Positions 46,217 through 56,442 of a DNA stretch of 64,000 nucleotides are shown piece after piece. The notes beneath the pieces are model-generated. The model worked only from the letters and a program-made list of their open reading frames with translations. It did no database searches and was not told where the DNA came from. How positions within the stretch are numbered: position 1 is the first letter of the stretch; every line of letters begins with the position of its first letter. The stretch is from Chloroflexota bacterium (GTDB taxonomy: Bacteria > Chloroflexota > Anaerolineae > UBA2200), in assembly GCA_014360905.1 (NCBI GenBank), contig JACIWW010000004.1:71994-135993 (forward strand), given 5' to 3'. Both the position numbers and the translations under genes were made by a program.

Positions 46217-46735
46217 CTACAACAAGCCATGCAAGATCATCAGTCTGGGATCGCTCTCCTCATACTGACAATCACATGGCCCCTCATTCAGATTTTTTCC
46301 GCACTGCGGGCATAAACCTCGGCATTGTGGGCTACACAACGGCGCTATAGGTACGCCTAGCAGCAAGTTCTGACGCACCACCTCCGTAAGATCAAGAATG
46401 TGATGCAAATCCGTCCTGGTCGCCTCGTCCTCACCGACCTCAAGAGGCAGCAGTGCGCCGGTCAATATATCTACAGAAGGACGGAAATGCTCCTCTAATT
46501 CCAGCACAACGGACACGGTAACCGGTGTCAAACACCGCCGACAAGGTACTCGGATCTCCGTCTGCAAGTGACCTGTCACAAGGATCCCACTGCCAGTACG
46601 CAAGAGCCTAACCCTGCCAAGCAGCATTGAAACAATGTCTAAATCCTCGTCAATGCCAGTGATGTCCTCGTCGAGATCATATTCCCTGCTAGCACCAGCA
46701 GGAGATTTGAGCAATTGAGCTACATTGAAGCGCAT
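46217..46735 (-). CDS. DUF177 (YceD) family protein
   Basis: CRRCL, LCSPQCRGLCPQCGKNLN, DPR; immediately upstream of rpmF. Confidence 0.93.
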   Translation of the reverse strand: MRFNVAQLLKSPAGASREYDLDEDITGIDEDLDIVSMLLGRVRLLRTGSGILVTGHLQTEIRVPCRRCLTPVTVSVVLELEEHFRPSVDILTGALLPLEVGEDEATRTDLHHILDLTEVVRQNLLLGVPIAPLCSPQCRGLCPQCGKNLNEGPCDCQYEESDPRLMILHGLL

Positions 46736-46788
46736 AGCATCAACACCTATTCAAAAATACATGTGCCAAGGCGTTAGCCGCAGGACGC

Positions 46789-46817
46789 ATTGTAGGACAC
46801 AGAAGGTATTGTGTCAA
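46789..46817 (-). promoter_or_regulatory. Sigma70-type promoter for yceD-rpmF-fab
   Basis: Minus strand TTGACA-17 bp-TACAAT. Confidence 0.72.
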
Positions 46818-46860
46818 ACATCGCAGCATAGACATCGGGTCTTTAATGAGTTTGCTCCGC

Positions 46861-47325
46861 TTACTCCGAGGATGATGGCATACGTCTCCTGCGCAGTTGC
46901 TCTAGACCATTGGAAGTGGTCTTCAGCAAAGAAGACAGCTCAGTCTCCAATTGGCTGAGGATGCCAATGGCATACTCATCTGCACCCTTGCAAATGTCTT
47001 CCGCTTGGCGCCTGGCCTCTGCTCTAATGCTTTCTGCCTCAGCGCGTGCTGCCGAAACGATCTCGTGCTCATCCACCAAACACGCGGCTTTTTCATGCGC
47101 TTCTTCGATAATGCGTTCGGCCTCCTGTGCAGCCGTGGTTAATATCCTTTCTCGATCCTGAAGCAGGTCATTCGCGCGTTTCACTTCCTGGGGAATAGAA
47201 ACGCGCATTTGGTCAATGAGATCGAAAAAGGCATTTTCATCCACAACGGTTTTGGCCGTAAAGGGGATACGCCAGCCTCCGTTGACAAGAGCTTCCAACC
47301 GATCAACAAGGGTCAGGATGTCCAT
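46861..47325 (-). CDS. Conserved coiled-coil hypothetical protein found between coaD and yceD
   Basis: MDIL..DRLE, IP.T, IDQMR.SIP.E, ADEYA; conserved gene position. Confidence 0.8.
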   Translation of the reverse strand: MDILTLVDRLEALVNGGWRIPFTAKTVVDENAFFDLIDQMRVSIPQEVKRANDLLQDRERILTTAAQEAERIIEEAHEKAACLVDEHEIVSAARAEAESIRAEARRQAEDICKGADEYAIGILSQLETELSSLLKTTSNGLEQLRRRRMPSSSE

Positions 47326-47471
47326 AGTGACTACCGCCTTTCACAGAAGGATATAAACCCCGAAAAGCTCACGCACATGGTATACACTTAAAACGCGCAC
47401 ATAGGGCTCTCATGCCTGCTATGCAATAAAACTGCACAGGAACTGTCTTTGCTCGGTCTTGAAATCAATCC

Positions 47472-47999
47472 CTAATCCCGTAAGGACACAATCTGCACCT
47501 TCGAACCCGCATCTGACCCGAGGAGATGAAATTTCTCTTTCAAAGCCTCGGCTACATGCTTTGGAACCATGGCATCTATGCATCCTCCCACCATGGCAAT
47601 TTCCTTGATAACGCTGGAACTCAGAAAAGTGTATTCCTGGCTAGTAATCAAACACACCGTGTCGATCTCAGGGGCCAGCTTTCGGTTCGTCAATGCCATC
47701 TGAAACTCCAACTCGAAATCCGACAAAGCTCTCAACCCGCGCACAATAACACGTGCTCCGACACTGCGAGCGAATTTGACCGTCAAGCCGCTATAAGCCT
47801 GAACAGTAACATTCGGTAGCTCCTTCAGTGCTACCTCCGCCAAGGCTACCCGTTCCATGGTTGAGAACAGTAGATTCTTAAGCGGGCGATCATAGACCGC
47901 CACGATCAAGCGTTCAAAGAGAGGTGCGGCGCGGGTAGCGATGTCTATATGGCCATTGGTGATAGGGTCAAAAGTGCCCGGATAGATTGCTGTAGTCAT
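47472..47999 (-). CDS. coaD: Phosphopantetheine adenylyltransferase
   Basis: YPGTFDPITNGH, VRGLRALSDFE, LSSS..KE. Confidence 0.97.
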   Translation of the reverse strand: MTTAIYPGTFDPITNGHIDIATRAAPLFERLIVAVYDRPLKNLLFSTMERVALAEVALKELPNVTVQAYSGLTVKFARSVGARVIVRGLRALSDFELEFQMALTNRKLAPEIDTVCLITSQEYTFLSSSVIKEIAMVGGCIDAMVPKHVAEALKEKFHLLGSDAGSKVQIVSLRD

Positions 48000-48012
48000 C
48001 CCTTCCTCTTTC

Positions 48013-50442
48013 TCAGCTTAGATCGGTTTCCCTCCCCCAGAACTCACGTACTCTTTGCGCCAGCAATTGATGCTCGGGTTGGGACATGGTGGGATCCTGG
48101 TAAAGCAAATCTTGCGCTGCGCGACGTGCTTGCTCCAGGATACGGACATCCCCCATCTTTGCCACCTTCAGGTCAGGCAATCCGCTTTGGCGCGTCCCAA
48201 AGAATTCGCCAGGGCCACGCATCTTGAGGTCTTCTTCGGCCAACAGAAAACCATCGTTTGTTGTTTCGATGATCTTCAGCCGATGTTCGGCTTCAAAAGA
48301 CGGTGACTCGGCTAACAGCAGACAGTATGACTGATGTTCGCCGCGCCCCACGCGTCCACGGAACTGATGAAGCTGAGCTAGGCCAAAGCGATCAGCTCCT
48401 TCGACCAACATCACGGTGGCATTTGGCACATCAATTCCCACTTCGACTACCGGAGTTGTCACTAGTATATCATATTCTCCATTGCGAAAGCGCGCCATGA
48501 CTTGTTCTTTGTCTGAACTCTTCATTCGCCCATGTAATAACGCCAATTTGAGGTCAGGGAACACTTCATCCCGTAGACGCTCGTACTCATCCACTGCCGC
48601 TTTGGCTTCGATCTTCTCGGACTCCTCAATCAACGGGCATATGATGAAAGCTTGCCGACCCTTTTCGATCTGCCCACGCAGAAATGCGTATGCTCGCTCT
48701 CTTTCCCGAGGTGCAAGCCATTTGGTGATGATTTTCTGGCGATGAGGAGGAAGCTCATCAATAACAGAGAGATCTAAATCACCGTAGATGGTCAGGGCCA
48801 GAGTGCGAGGGATTGGTGTTGCACTCATCACCAACATATGGGGATTATACCCTTTCTGGCGCAAGGCAGCTCGCTGGGCAACGCCAAAGCGATGCTGCTC
48901 ATCCACAATCGCCAAACCCAGATCTTTAAAAATAACCCCTTCCTGGATTAGAGCATGAGTACCAACGATGATATCTACTTCGCCACTTGCGATCTGACGG
49001 CGCCCTTCCTCTTTCTCTGCCTGGCTTAAACTACCTATCAACAACCCAATTCGTGTCTGAGCCATTAGATGAGCAGCCATCTCTGCATGACCTTGGAGTG
49101 CGTCTGCTGCATTCTGCAGCAGGATACTTAGTGTTCGGCAGTGTTGTTCAGCAAGTACCTCGGTTGGAGCCATCAGTACCGCTTGCATGCCATTTGCCAC
49201 CGTTACCAGCATCGCTCCGAGTGCTACAACTGTCTTACCAGAGCCCACATCGCCTTGCAAAAGGCGACTCATAGGATGGGGGCGTTGTAAATCTTCCGTG
49301 ATTTCCCGCAAAGCACGCTGTTGAGCTGCAGTCAATTTGAATGGCAAAGCATTTACAAAAGCGTCTAATAGCGCTTGATCTACAACCATCGGTCGGCCTG
49401 GCTGCTTTTGCCAGGCAATACGTTGGCTCATCACTCCTAATTGAATCAGGAGAAACTCTTCAAAGCAGAGCCGTTGACGAGCACGCGCCAAGGAATCCCA
49501 GCTATCGGGGAAATGCACCTGCTGAATAGCTGTGGCTGCATCAACCAAATGATAACTCTGACACAGCGAGGGAGGCAGACAATCCACCAGTCGCGAGGCC
49601 CATTCTTCGATGGCGGATTTGATCAAGGAACGCATACGCCGTGCAGTCAACCCGGATGTCAAAGGATACACTGGCACTAAACGTCCTGTGTGTACCAAGT
49701 CGCCTGTCAAACGTTCCCATTGGGGAGATTGGAACGTCAAGCGGCCCAAATACTGGTCAACACGGCCGCTGAGAACAATCTGGCGACCCTTTGTCAACTG
49801 CCGTACGAGATACGGCTGATTGAACCAGATCGCTTCTACGAAGCCAGTGCCATCGGAGATTATGGCTCTGGTCAGAGTCTTACCACTACGTGTTTGTTGG
49901 TTTTGCGCTTCCTGCACTATGCCAATAATCGTTACTTCCTCGCCGTACCTGAGTTCGCGGATGGTTTTCAGATTACTGAAATCGTCATAACGGCGTGGAA
50001 AAAGGTAGAGCAGATCTTCCACTGTATGCACGCCAAGGTGAGCTAACCTACGAGCCAAAGCAGATTGCACGCCTCGTACAACGGTCACTGGAGACTTGAG
50101 TCCAGAGCTGGATTGCACTGGCCGGGTCCGCTCCTTGCGCTGTGCATTGCTCTGCGCAGGCTGATGCTCTTCCCTTGCATTTTGTCCACCGATGGAGGAT
50201 TGCAGCATTTCCAGAGTCTCCTGGATAGCAGCGAAGCGCTCCGCAATAGGCTTTTGGGCGTATCCCTGAAGGCGTGCAACGACCTCAGTCACCTGATTCT
50301 GCCGGTCCGGGGGTTCTGCTTCAGCCTTTTGAAGCCAGGTAGCCACAAATTTGTCCAATCCGCCAATGACAATGCGGTTCTGGCAACCATCGGTGCGTTC
50401 TTCGCTCAGTATTTTGATCAACTTATCGAAATCTAAGCCCAT
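48013..50442 (-). CDS. recG: ATP-dependent DNA helicase RecG
   Basis: RLLQGDVGSGKT, DEQHRFG, SATPIPRTL, QLHQFRGRVGRG, GTRQSG. Confidence 0.97.
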   Translation of the reverse strand: MGLDFDKLIKILSEERTDGCQNRIVIGGLDKFVATWLQKAEAEPPDRQNQVTEVVARLQGYAQKPIAERFAAIQETLEMLQSSIGGQNAREEHQPAQSNAQRKERTRPVQSSSGLKSPVTVVRGVQSALARRLAHLGVHTVEDLLYLFPRRYDDFSNLKTIRELRYGEEVTIIGIVQEAQNQQTRSGKTLTRAIISDGTGFVEAIWFNQPYLVRQLTKGRQIVLSGRVDQYLGRLTFQSPQWERLTGDLVHTGRLVPVYPLTSGLTARRMRSLIKSAIEEWASRLVDCLPPSLCQSYHLVDAATAIQQVHFPDSWDSLARARQRLCFEEFLLIQLGVMSQRIAWQKQPGRPMVVDQALLDAFVNALPFKLTAAQQRALREITEDLQRPHPMSRLLQGDVGSGKTVVALGAMLVTVANGMQAVLMAPTEVLAEQHCRTLSILLQNAADALQGHAEMAAHLMAQTRIGLLIGSLSQAEKEEGRRQIASGEVDIIVGTHALIQEGVIFKDLGLAIVDEQHRFGVAQRAALRQKGYNPHMLVMSATPIPRTLALTIYGDLDLSVIDELPPHRQKIITKWLAPRERERAYAFLRGQIEKGRQAFIICPLIEESEKIEAKAAVDEYERLRDEVFPDLKLALLHGRMKSSDKEQVMARFRNGEYDILVTTPVVEVGIDVPNATVMLVEGADRFGLAQLHQFRGRVGRGEHQSYCLLLAESPSFEAEHRLKIIETTNDGFLLAEEDLKMRGPGEFFGTRQSGLPDLKVAKMGDVRILEQARRAAQDLLYQDPTMSQPEHQLLAQRVREFWGRETDLS

Positions 50443-50478
50443 AGTTCTCGCATATCCACAGCAGTGAATGCTCGCGTT

Positions 50479-51318
50479 TCATCCTATCCCTTCGTAGACC
50501 ACTACACCCAAGGCATCTGGCCCTAAATAAGTAGCAAGAGTCGCTCCATAGGGTTTGATATCTAGATTCTTTTGAGGAAAGGCATCGGAAAGACGCTCAA
50601 AAAGCATTTGTGCATCATCTGAGGAACGTCCTTGCAGGATTACGACTTTTTCGAAATATGCGAACTCAGCTACAAACTCAAAGAGACGATCTACTGGCCG
50701 TCCTCGGGAGCGAACTTTATCCAGCGGCATGATCTCGCCTTCTTCCACAATCATGAGCGGTCTAGGGCCTGGAAAACTATCAGCAAACGAGCGCCTCCTG
50801 ACGGAATGAACGTATCGTTCCAGATACTCCAAGTTTTCGGCGAAAAAGACCATATAAAGGCGAGGAATCATCCCCCGGATTAACCGCACAATCTCTGCAA
50901 CTGGGGTTCCTCGTTGGGCAGCCTCGGCAGCAGCTACTACCAGAGTCTCAAGTCCCCAGGATATCATTCGTGAATCAAAGACCGTGATCTTACTCCGGCC
51001 TAGAAATGCTCTGGTTGCTTCTTGGGCTGCCTGTACTGTTTTATTCAGTCTTGAGGAGAGATGGATGGACAAAATCTGGTCTGTGTTCTTCATCAATTGG
51101 CTGTACACGCGCTGGAACTCCTCTGAAGGAGGAGGTTCAGCAGTGGGTAGAAACCTGCTTTTGCTCAGTTGTTGGTAAAATTCGTTCCGATCTATGTCTA
51201 CTCCATCAGAGTAGACCTTGGACCCAAAATTGATCTTGATAGGCACGACAGTTATACCTAGTTCAGCGGCAAGGAGTGGTGAGATGTCGGAAGAACTATC
51301 GGTCACTATCCTGATCAT
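50479..51318 (-). CDS. DegV family protein (FakB-like, divergent)
   Basis: IRIVTDSSSD, YSDGVD, HLSS, VFDS, LGPDALGV; adjacent to the DAK2 gene. Confidence 0.88.
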   Translation of the reverse strand: MIRIVTDSSSDISPLLAAELGITVVPIKINFGSKVYSDGVDIDRNEFYQQLSKSRFLPTAEPPPSEEFQRVYSQLMKNTDQILSIHLSSRLNKTVQAAQEATRAFLGRSKITVFDSRMISWGLETLVVAAAEAAQRGTPVAEIVRLIRGMIPRLYMVFFAENLEYLERYVHSVRRRSFADSFPGPRPLMIVEEGEIMPLDKVRSRGRPVDRLFEFVAEFAYFEKVVILQGRSSDDAQMLFERLSDAFPQKNLDIKPYGATLATYLGPDALGVVVYEGIG

Positions 51319-51336
51319 GCTCGCGTCCTCCTCTAA

Positions 51337-53025
51337 TTATTCCACTGAAATGATATAGTGGTAATACGGTTGCTGGCCTTCCACCAACTCGACTTCTTTG
51401 TCTGGGTAGCGCTTCGCTATCCAGGAAATAAGACGCTCAGCTTGCTCCTGAGTGACTGCCTCGCCCCAGTAGACGGTTATGATCTCGTACTGCTCCATAT
51501 CTATCCTCTGCAACACGGCCTGTGTTACCTGTTGCAGGTCATCGTTAGCCTCAACCAGCTCACCATTGAGCAATCCAATGAATTGCCCCCTCTGAACTTG
51601 CAGACCATTGATTTGAACCGAACGGATGGCATTGGTGATCTCTATGGTCTGGATTTGAGAAGCTGCTCGCTCCATCAGGTCTGCGTTGGTTTTCAGGTCG
51701 CTCTGGTAGTTAAAAGCTAATAGAGCTCTGATACCTTGCGGTATGGTCTTGGTTGGAACAATCACGACTTCTTTTTCGGACATCCGCTGCGCCTGTTGCG
51801 CGGCCAGGATGACATTGGGATTATTTGGCAAGACAATGACCTTATCAACGGGCAGGCTGGATATGGCTTTCAGCAGCTCTTCAGTGCTAGGGTTCATAGT
51901 CTGCCCACCAGGTACCGTTGCTCCTGCTCCTAGGCTTTCGAACACCCGCCTAAGTCCATCTCCATTAACCACTGCCACAATTTCAATATCGCTTAGCGGT
52001 TGGGTTGTGGAAACAGGGCGTTGCTCCTGCCTCTGTTGTGCCAGAAATTGCCGATACTGTACCTGCATGTTTTCCACCACTACATCGCGCAGAGTTCCCT
52101 TGCTAGTCGCGTAACTGATGATACGCCCAGGATCGTCTGTATGCACATGTACTTTGATGGTGTGCGCATCCCCAACAACTAGAACGCTTTCGCCCATACT
52201 CTCTATCGTGGCTTGGATATCTTCAATAGGTAAATTCTCCCCCTCGATAAGAAACTGTACGTCGTAACCATATTCACCCTCAGAAAGTGCTCCTTGCTCC
52301 AACTTTGTCGCTGCTCTGATTTCTAGCCTTAGCGGTATTTGCTCTCCGCGCAAGTGGCGCAAAAACCCCTCTAGAATGACGTATAGGCCCTGTCCGCCGG
52401 CGTCAACCACGCCCGCTTCTTTGAGCACAGGCAGCAGTTCGGGCGTGCGCGCTAAAGCATCCTTGGCACGTTCTACCGTCCGTTCCAGCACGTACAGGGT
52501 GTCATTGCTGTCCGCTACAGCGGACATAGCTGCTTCAGCAGCCTCACGCACAACGGTCAGAATTGTCCCTTCAACTGGCCGCATCACCCCTTTATAAGCA
52601 GTCACAGCACCTTCGCGCAAAGCAAGTGCCCAGTCAGAAGCAGTAGGTTGCTCTTTGCCATCCAGGTACTTGGCAATTCCCCGCCATATTTGGGAAAGGA
52701 TCACGCCCGAGTTACCACGTGCACCCATTAGCGCTCCATGCGCCAAAGCACGAGTCACAGCCGCGATCGAGTTCTCCGAAACCGTAGATATTTCCCGTAG
52801 AGCAGCCTGCATGGTCAAATACATATTGGTACCCGTGTCACCATCGGGCACGGGATAGACATTGAGCGAATTGATGAAGTCGATATGTGCCTCTAACCAG
52901 GCCGTGCTGCTTTCGATGAGTCTCTTTAGCTCCTGTCCATCGCAAGCGATTGGTCTATCCTCTTTCCTATTCGTAGGTGGTAACGAATGCCTGCTCGTCT
53001 TGCCTACGTCATCTTGTCCGGTCAA
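51337..53025 (-). CDS. fakA: DAK2 domain protein, fatty acid kinase subunit A-like
   Basis: LNVYPVPDGDTGTNM, GARGNSG, EGTILTV, VVDAGG, KVHVHT, GGQTMNPS, LPNN, GQQPYY. Confidence 0.9.
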   Translation of the reverse strand: MTGQDDVGKTSRHSLPPTNRKEDRPIACDGQELKRLIESSTAWLEAHIDFINSLNVYPVPDGDTGTNMYLTMQAALREISTVSENSIAAVTRALAHGALMGARGNSGVILSQIWRGIAKYLDGKEQPTASDWALALREGAVTAYKGVMRPVEGTILTVVREAAEAAMSAVADSNDTLYVLERTVERAKDALARTPELLPVLKEAGVVDAGGQGLYVILEGFLRHLRGEQIPLRLEIRAATKLEQGALSEGEYGYDVQFLIEGENLPIEDIQATIESMGESVLVVGDAHTIKVHVHTDDPGRIISYATSKGTLRDVVVENMQVQYRQFLAQQRQEQRPVSTTQPLSDIEIVAVVNGDGLRRVFESLGAGATVPGGQTMNPSTEELLKAISSLPVDKVIVLPNNPNVILAAQQAQRMSEKEVVIVPTKTIPQGIRALLAFNYQSDLKTNADLMERAASQIQTIEITNAIRSVQINGLQVQRGQFIGLLNGELVEANDDLQQVTQAVLQRIDMEQYEIITVYWGEAVTQEQAERLISWIAKRYPDKEVELVEGQQPYYHYIISVE

Positions 53026-53078
53026 AACCTTACCTCCATCCCAGCGCTCATAGTACGTGATGAATTGCTCGTCACGTC

Positions 53079-53441
53079 CTACTCACTGCTGTTCGTGCTG
53101 ACTCTCAGACCCTGTATGTGAACGTTGACTGCCCCAATAGGAACACCTAGAGCTTTCTCTACGCGGAATTTGACATTTTCCATAATGTTATGCGCTACTT
53201 CGCTAATGCGGACCCCGTATTCCAAAACCACGTATAGGTCAATGATGATCCGCTGTTCTACCACCTTAACTTGTACACCTCGGCGGTAATTATCGCGGTG
53301 CAATATCTCCGCCAGACCGCTGCGGAGTGTAGGGCATGCCATGCCTACTACGCCATAGCACTCCAGCACTGCTGCAGCTGCTAGCCCTGCAATAGCTGCA
53401 GGTGAAACTTCAATTCGGCCTAATTTGCGCTCTTCAGCCAT
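53079..53441 (-). CDS. Asp23/Gls24 family protein (YloU-like)
   Basis: LGRIEVS, ECYGVVGM, YGVRISEV, VNVHIQG; upstream of DAK2. Confidence 0.92.
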   Translation of the reverse strand: MAEERKLGRIEVSPAAIAGLAAAAVLECYGVVGMACPTLRSGLAEILHRDNYRRGVQVKVVEQRIIIDLYVVLEYGVRISEVAHNIMENVKFRVEKALGVPIGAVNVHIQGLRVSTNSSE

Positions 53442-53627
53442 TTATACACTCCCTGCTCCTCGAAAAGATGCGGAAACAGCGCTCAGCATGTCATGCTTCA
53501 TTAGCGCTCTTCATGACATTGAGCACATTCTCCTTTGCCATAAAAACTTGCCTAAAATGCGTTTTTGTGGTAATATATAGTGCTTTTTCCAGTATATTTT
53601 ATTTACATGCAAAAGAGGTAATGTCCA

Positions 53628-53810
53628 ATGTCAGTAAAATGCGATATCTGTGGAAAGGGACCACAGTACGGTCATAACGTAAGCCATTCCAAAAGAGCTA
53701 CGAATCGTCGCTGGTTGCCCAATATCCAAAAAGTAACCGTTCGAGATGGCAATACAATCAGGCGTCTGAACGTGTGCACGCGCTGCCTTCGTACATTGCA
53801 TAAGGCTTAG
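53628..53810 (+). CDS. rpmB: 50S ribosomal protein L28 (zinc-binding form)
   Basis: [34 protein letters not shown]. Confidence 0.97.
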   Translation: MSVKCDICGKGPQYGHNVSHSKRATNRRWLPNIQKVTVRDGNTIRRLNVCTRCLRTLHKA

Positions 53811-53827
53811 CTCCTCGCTGTCCTCGG

Positions 53828-53858
53828 AAAGCCAGCACCCGCAAGTGCTGGCTTTTTG
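53828..53858. terminator. Bidirectional terminator between rpmB and rpe
   Basis: AAAGCCAGCAC-CCGCAA-GTGCTGGCTTT, with the T run continuing. Confidence 0.8.
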
Positions 53859-53874
53859 CTTGAAACACCTTCGA

Positions 53875-54549
53875 TCAGACTTCGATGCTCCTCCGTATTC
53901 TGGAAATTGCCTCTGCCACAGGCTCTTTCGTACCAAATATAGCCTGTCCAGCTACAAGCACAGTGGCTCCTGCTGCTACAACTAACGGCGCAGTCTGAAA
54001 ATCAATCCCTCCATCTACCTGGATAGCCGCGAACGAGCGGCGTTCATCCAGCATGTGCTTTACTTGTCGAATCTTATTGAGCATGCTGGAAATAAACTTT
54101 TGTCCGCCGAAGCCGGGATTGACCGTCATCACCAGAACCGAATCCACATCTTCTAGAATCTCTTGCAAAGACATTGCTGGCGTGGCCGGGTTGAGCACCA
54201 CGCCGGCTTTTGCACCATAACTCTTGATCTGTTGGATCGTACGGTGCAGATGTGGACAGGCTTCCACGTGCACGAGGATCCAGTCTGCTCCTGCAGAGAT
54301 AAAATCAGCAATGTAACGCTCTGGCTCTACGATCATGAGATGGGTAGGCAACGGCAAAGAGGTGACGCGGCGCACAGCTTCAACAATTGCGGGGCCAAAT
54401 GTGATATTGGGCACAAAACGACCATCCATCACATCAATGTGAATGTAATCAGCCCCTCCTGTCTCAGCCTCTTTCACCTGTTCCCCAAGGCGTGTGAGGT
54501 CTGCGGACAGAATGGATGCAGCTATTTTGACTGGTGGTCCACCCTTCAT
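53875..54549 (-). CDS. rpe: Ribulose-phosphate 3-epimerase
   Basis: IAASILSAD, HIDVMDG.FVPNIT, HLM, VMTVNPGFGGQ, VDGG. Confidence 0.96.
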   Translation of the reverse strand: MKGGPPVKIAASILSADLTRLGEQVKEAETGGADYIHIDVMDGRFVPNITFGPAIVEAVRRVTSLPLPTHLMIVEPERYIADFISAGADWILVHVEACPHLHRTIQQIKSYGAKAGVVLNPATPAMSLQEILEDVDSVLVMTVNPGFGGQKFISSMLNKIRQVKHMLDERRSFAAIQVDGGIDFQTAPLVVAAGATVLVAGQAIFGTKEPVAEAISRIRRSIEV

Positions 54550-54555
54550 AAGGCC

Positions 54556-54584
54556 ATAATACTCCGTTTTTGCCAAAAAAGCAA
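54556..54584 (-). promoter_or_regulatory. Sigma70-type promoter, probably giving a leaderless rpe mRNA
   Basis: Minus strand TTGCTT-17 bp-TATTAT, then 6 nt, then ATG; no SD. Confidence 0.5.
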
Positions 54585-54587
54585 GAA

Positions 54588-55637
54588 CTAATCCGTTTTT
54601 CGCTGACGCGATCGCAGTTGGCCACATCCCGCCTGTATATCAATACCACGCCCCAATCGCACGGTGTTCGCGATCCCCATGCGATTCAGCTCGCGTCGGA
54701 AGGCAAAGATTCGCTGTCGTGTGGAGGGCTGATAATCGCATTCTCCAGTAGGATTAAGCGGGATGAGATTCACATGGCAGAGCAAGCCGCGCAGCAGTTG
54801 GCCCAGTTCCCTCGCTTGCTTTGGGTCGTCGTTAACGCCCTGAATCAGTGCATACTCAAAACTTACCCGCCGTCCGGTTCGCTGCACGTATTCTTGACAG
54901 GCTGCGAGCAACTCTGCTAACGGATAACGTTTGTTGATAGGCACCAGATGGTCTCGCAGCTTGTCGTTAGCTGCATGTAGCGAGATCGCTAGCCCCACAG
55001 AAAGCTCTTCCTGAGCCAAGCGACGAATGCCTGGCACCAACCCAACTGTGGAGATAGTAAATCGCCGTGCTCCCAGGTTGAAGCCTCGATGGTCATTCAA
55101 AACCCTTATAGCATGCAAGGTCGCTTCGTAGTTGGCCAGAGGCTCGCCCATGCCCATGAACACTACATTGGTAACGGTGGCTCCCCGCTCTCGCAGTTGC
55201 TGAGCAAAATAGAGCACCTGTCCCACGATTTCGCCGCTGCTCAGGTTGCGCTTGAATCCGCTTTGGCCCGTGGCACAAAACGGGCACCCCAATGCACAAC
55301 CCACTTGGGTTGAAAGGCACACCGTATGACGCCCCTCATAATGCATGAGCACGCTCTCTATCGTCTCACCGTCCTGCAACTGCAACAATACTTTTGTCGT
55401 CAGACCATCAGCAGAGGTTAGGGTTTCTAGAGGCAGCAGTGGCTGGATGATAGCCAGGTCATTCCACTTGTGACGTAGAGGCAACGGCAGATTGGTCATG
55501 GCGGTAAAATCGAACACCAACTCACGGTAGATCCATGCGAAAAGCTGCTGAGCGCGGAACGAAGGCTCACCCTGTTCGGTGACCCAGGACGCTAGTTGTT
55601 CATAAGACCAATCAGTGAGCAAAATGCTCGCTGTCAT
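54588..55637 (-). CDS. rlmN: Dual-specificity RNA methyltransferase RlmN (radical SAM)
   Basis: CLSTQVGCALGCPFCATG, MGMGEP, SLHA, NLIP.N, AGCGQL. Confidence 0.94.
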   Translation of the reverse strand: MTASILLTDWSYEQLASWVTEQGEPSFRAQQLFAWIYRELVFDFTAMTNLPLPLRHKWNDLAIIQPLLPLETLTSADGLTTKVLLQLQDGETIESVLMHYEGRHTVCLSTQVGCALGCPFCATGQSGFKRNLSSGEIVGQVLYFAQQLRERGATVTNVVFMGMGEPLANYEATLHAIRVLNDHRGFNLGARRFTISTVGLVPGIRRLAQEELSVGLAISLHAANDKLRDHLVPINKRYPLAELLAACQEYVQRTGRRVSFEYALIQGVNDDPKQARELGQLLRGLLCHVNLIPLNPTGECDYQPSTRQRIFAFRRELNRMGIANTVRLGRGIDIQAGCGQLRSRQRKTD

Positions 55638-56442
55638 CCCGCAATCCTTCACGCCAGGCTCGATGCAGTGCAGCAACGTCTTCATAGACTAGATCGGGCA
55701 TAAGCGATGAATGAGCCAACTGCTGACGGTCCGTCACCCCGCTCAGTACGAGGATAGTGACTAGTCCCATTCGCCGCCCGCCCAGAATATCTGTATCGAG
55801 ACGATCGCCAAGCATAGCCGTTGTCTTCGGTTCAGCCTGTAGTTTCTGAAAGGCGATCTCAAAGATGATTGGCTGTGGTTTGCCGATAATCAGTGGGGCA
55901 GTGTCCGTAGCGGTTTCAATCGCCGCCAATAGTGCTCCCGCACCTGGAGTCAACTCGCCTTCAGAAGGGAAAGTCTTGTCCGGATTGGTACCAATGAACA
56001 GAGCACCTGCTCGGATGGCGCGAGCCGCAGTTGTCATCTTCTCATAATTGAAATGGTAATCGAGCCCCACCACCACATACGCGACGTCGCTATCTTTGCT
56101 GAGCACAAATCCCTTCTTCTTTAATTCGGCTCGCACACCATGCTCACCAATGAGATAGACCTTGGTGCCAGGTGGAGCGACTCTGGCCAAATACATGGCA
56201 GTGGCCTCACCTGAAGTCAAAATTTCTTCCTCCACTGTTTGTATGCCCATGCGCGCTAATTTGGCAACGTATTGCGACGCTGTGAGTGTCGAATTGTTTG
56301 TGAGCAGGAGGCAATGCACGCCTATCTGACGCAGAAAATGGAGAAATTCGCCTGCCCCTTGGATAGGCGCATTCCCGCGGTAAAGAACTCCATCCATATC
56401 AATGATCAAACTGCGCAGTTGGGTCAACTTGGGAATAGTCAT
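55612..56442 (-). CDS. HAD-IIA family hydrolase (NagD-like)
   Basis: DMDGVLY, LTNNS, TNPD, PGAG, GKP, GDRLDTDI. Confidence 0.93.
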   Translation of the reverse strand: MTIPKLTQLRSLIIDMDGVLYRGNAPIQGAGEFLHFLRQIGVHCLLLTNNSTLTASQYVAKLARMGIQTVEEEILTSGEATAMYLARVAPPGTKVYLIGEHGVRAELKKKGFVLSKDSDVAYVVVGLDYHFNYEKMTTAARAIRAGALFIGTNPDKTFPSEGELTPGAGALLAAIETATDTAPLIIGKPQPIIFEIAFQKLQAEPKTTAMLGDRLDTDILGGRRMGLVTILVLSGVTDRQQLAHSSLMPDLVYEDVAALHRAWREGLRDDSEHFAH

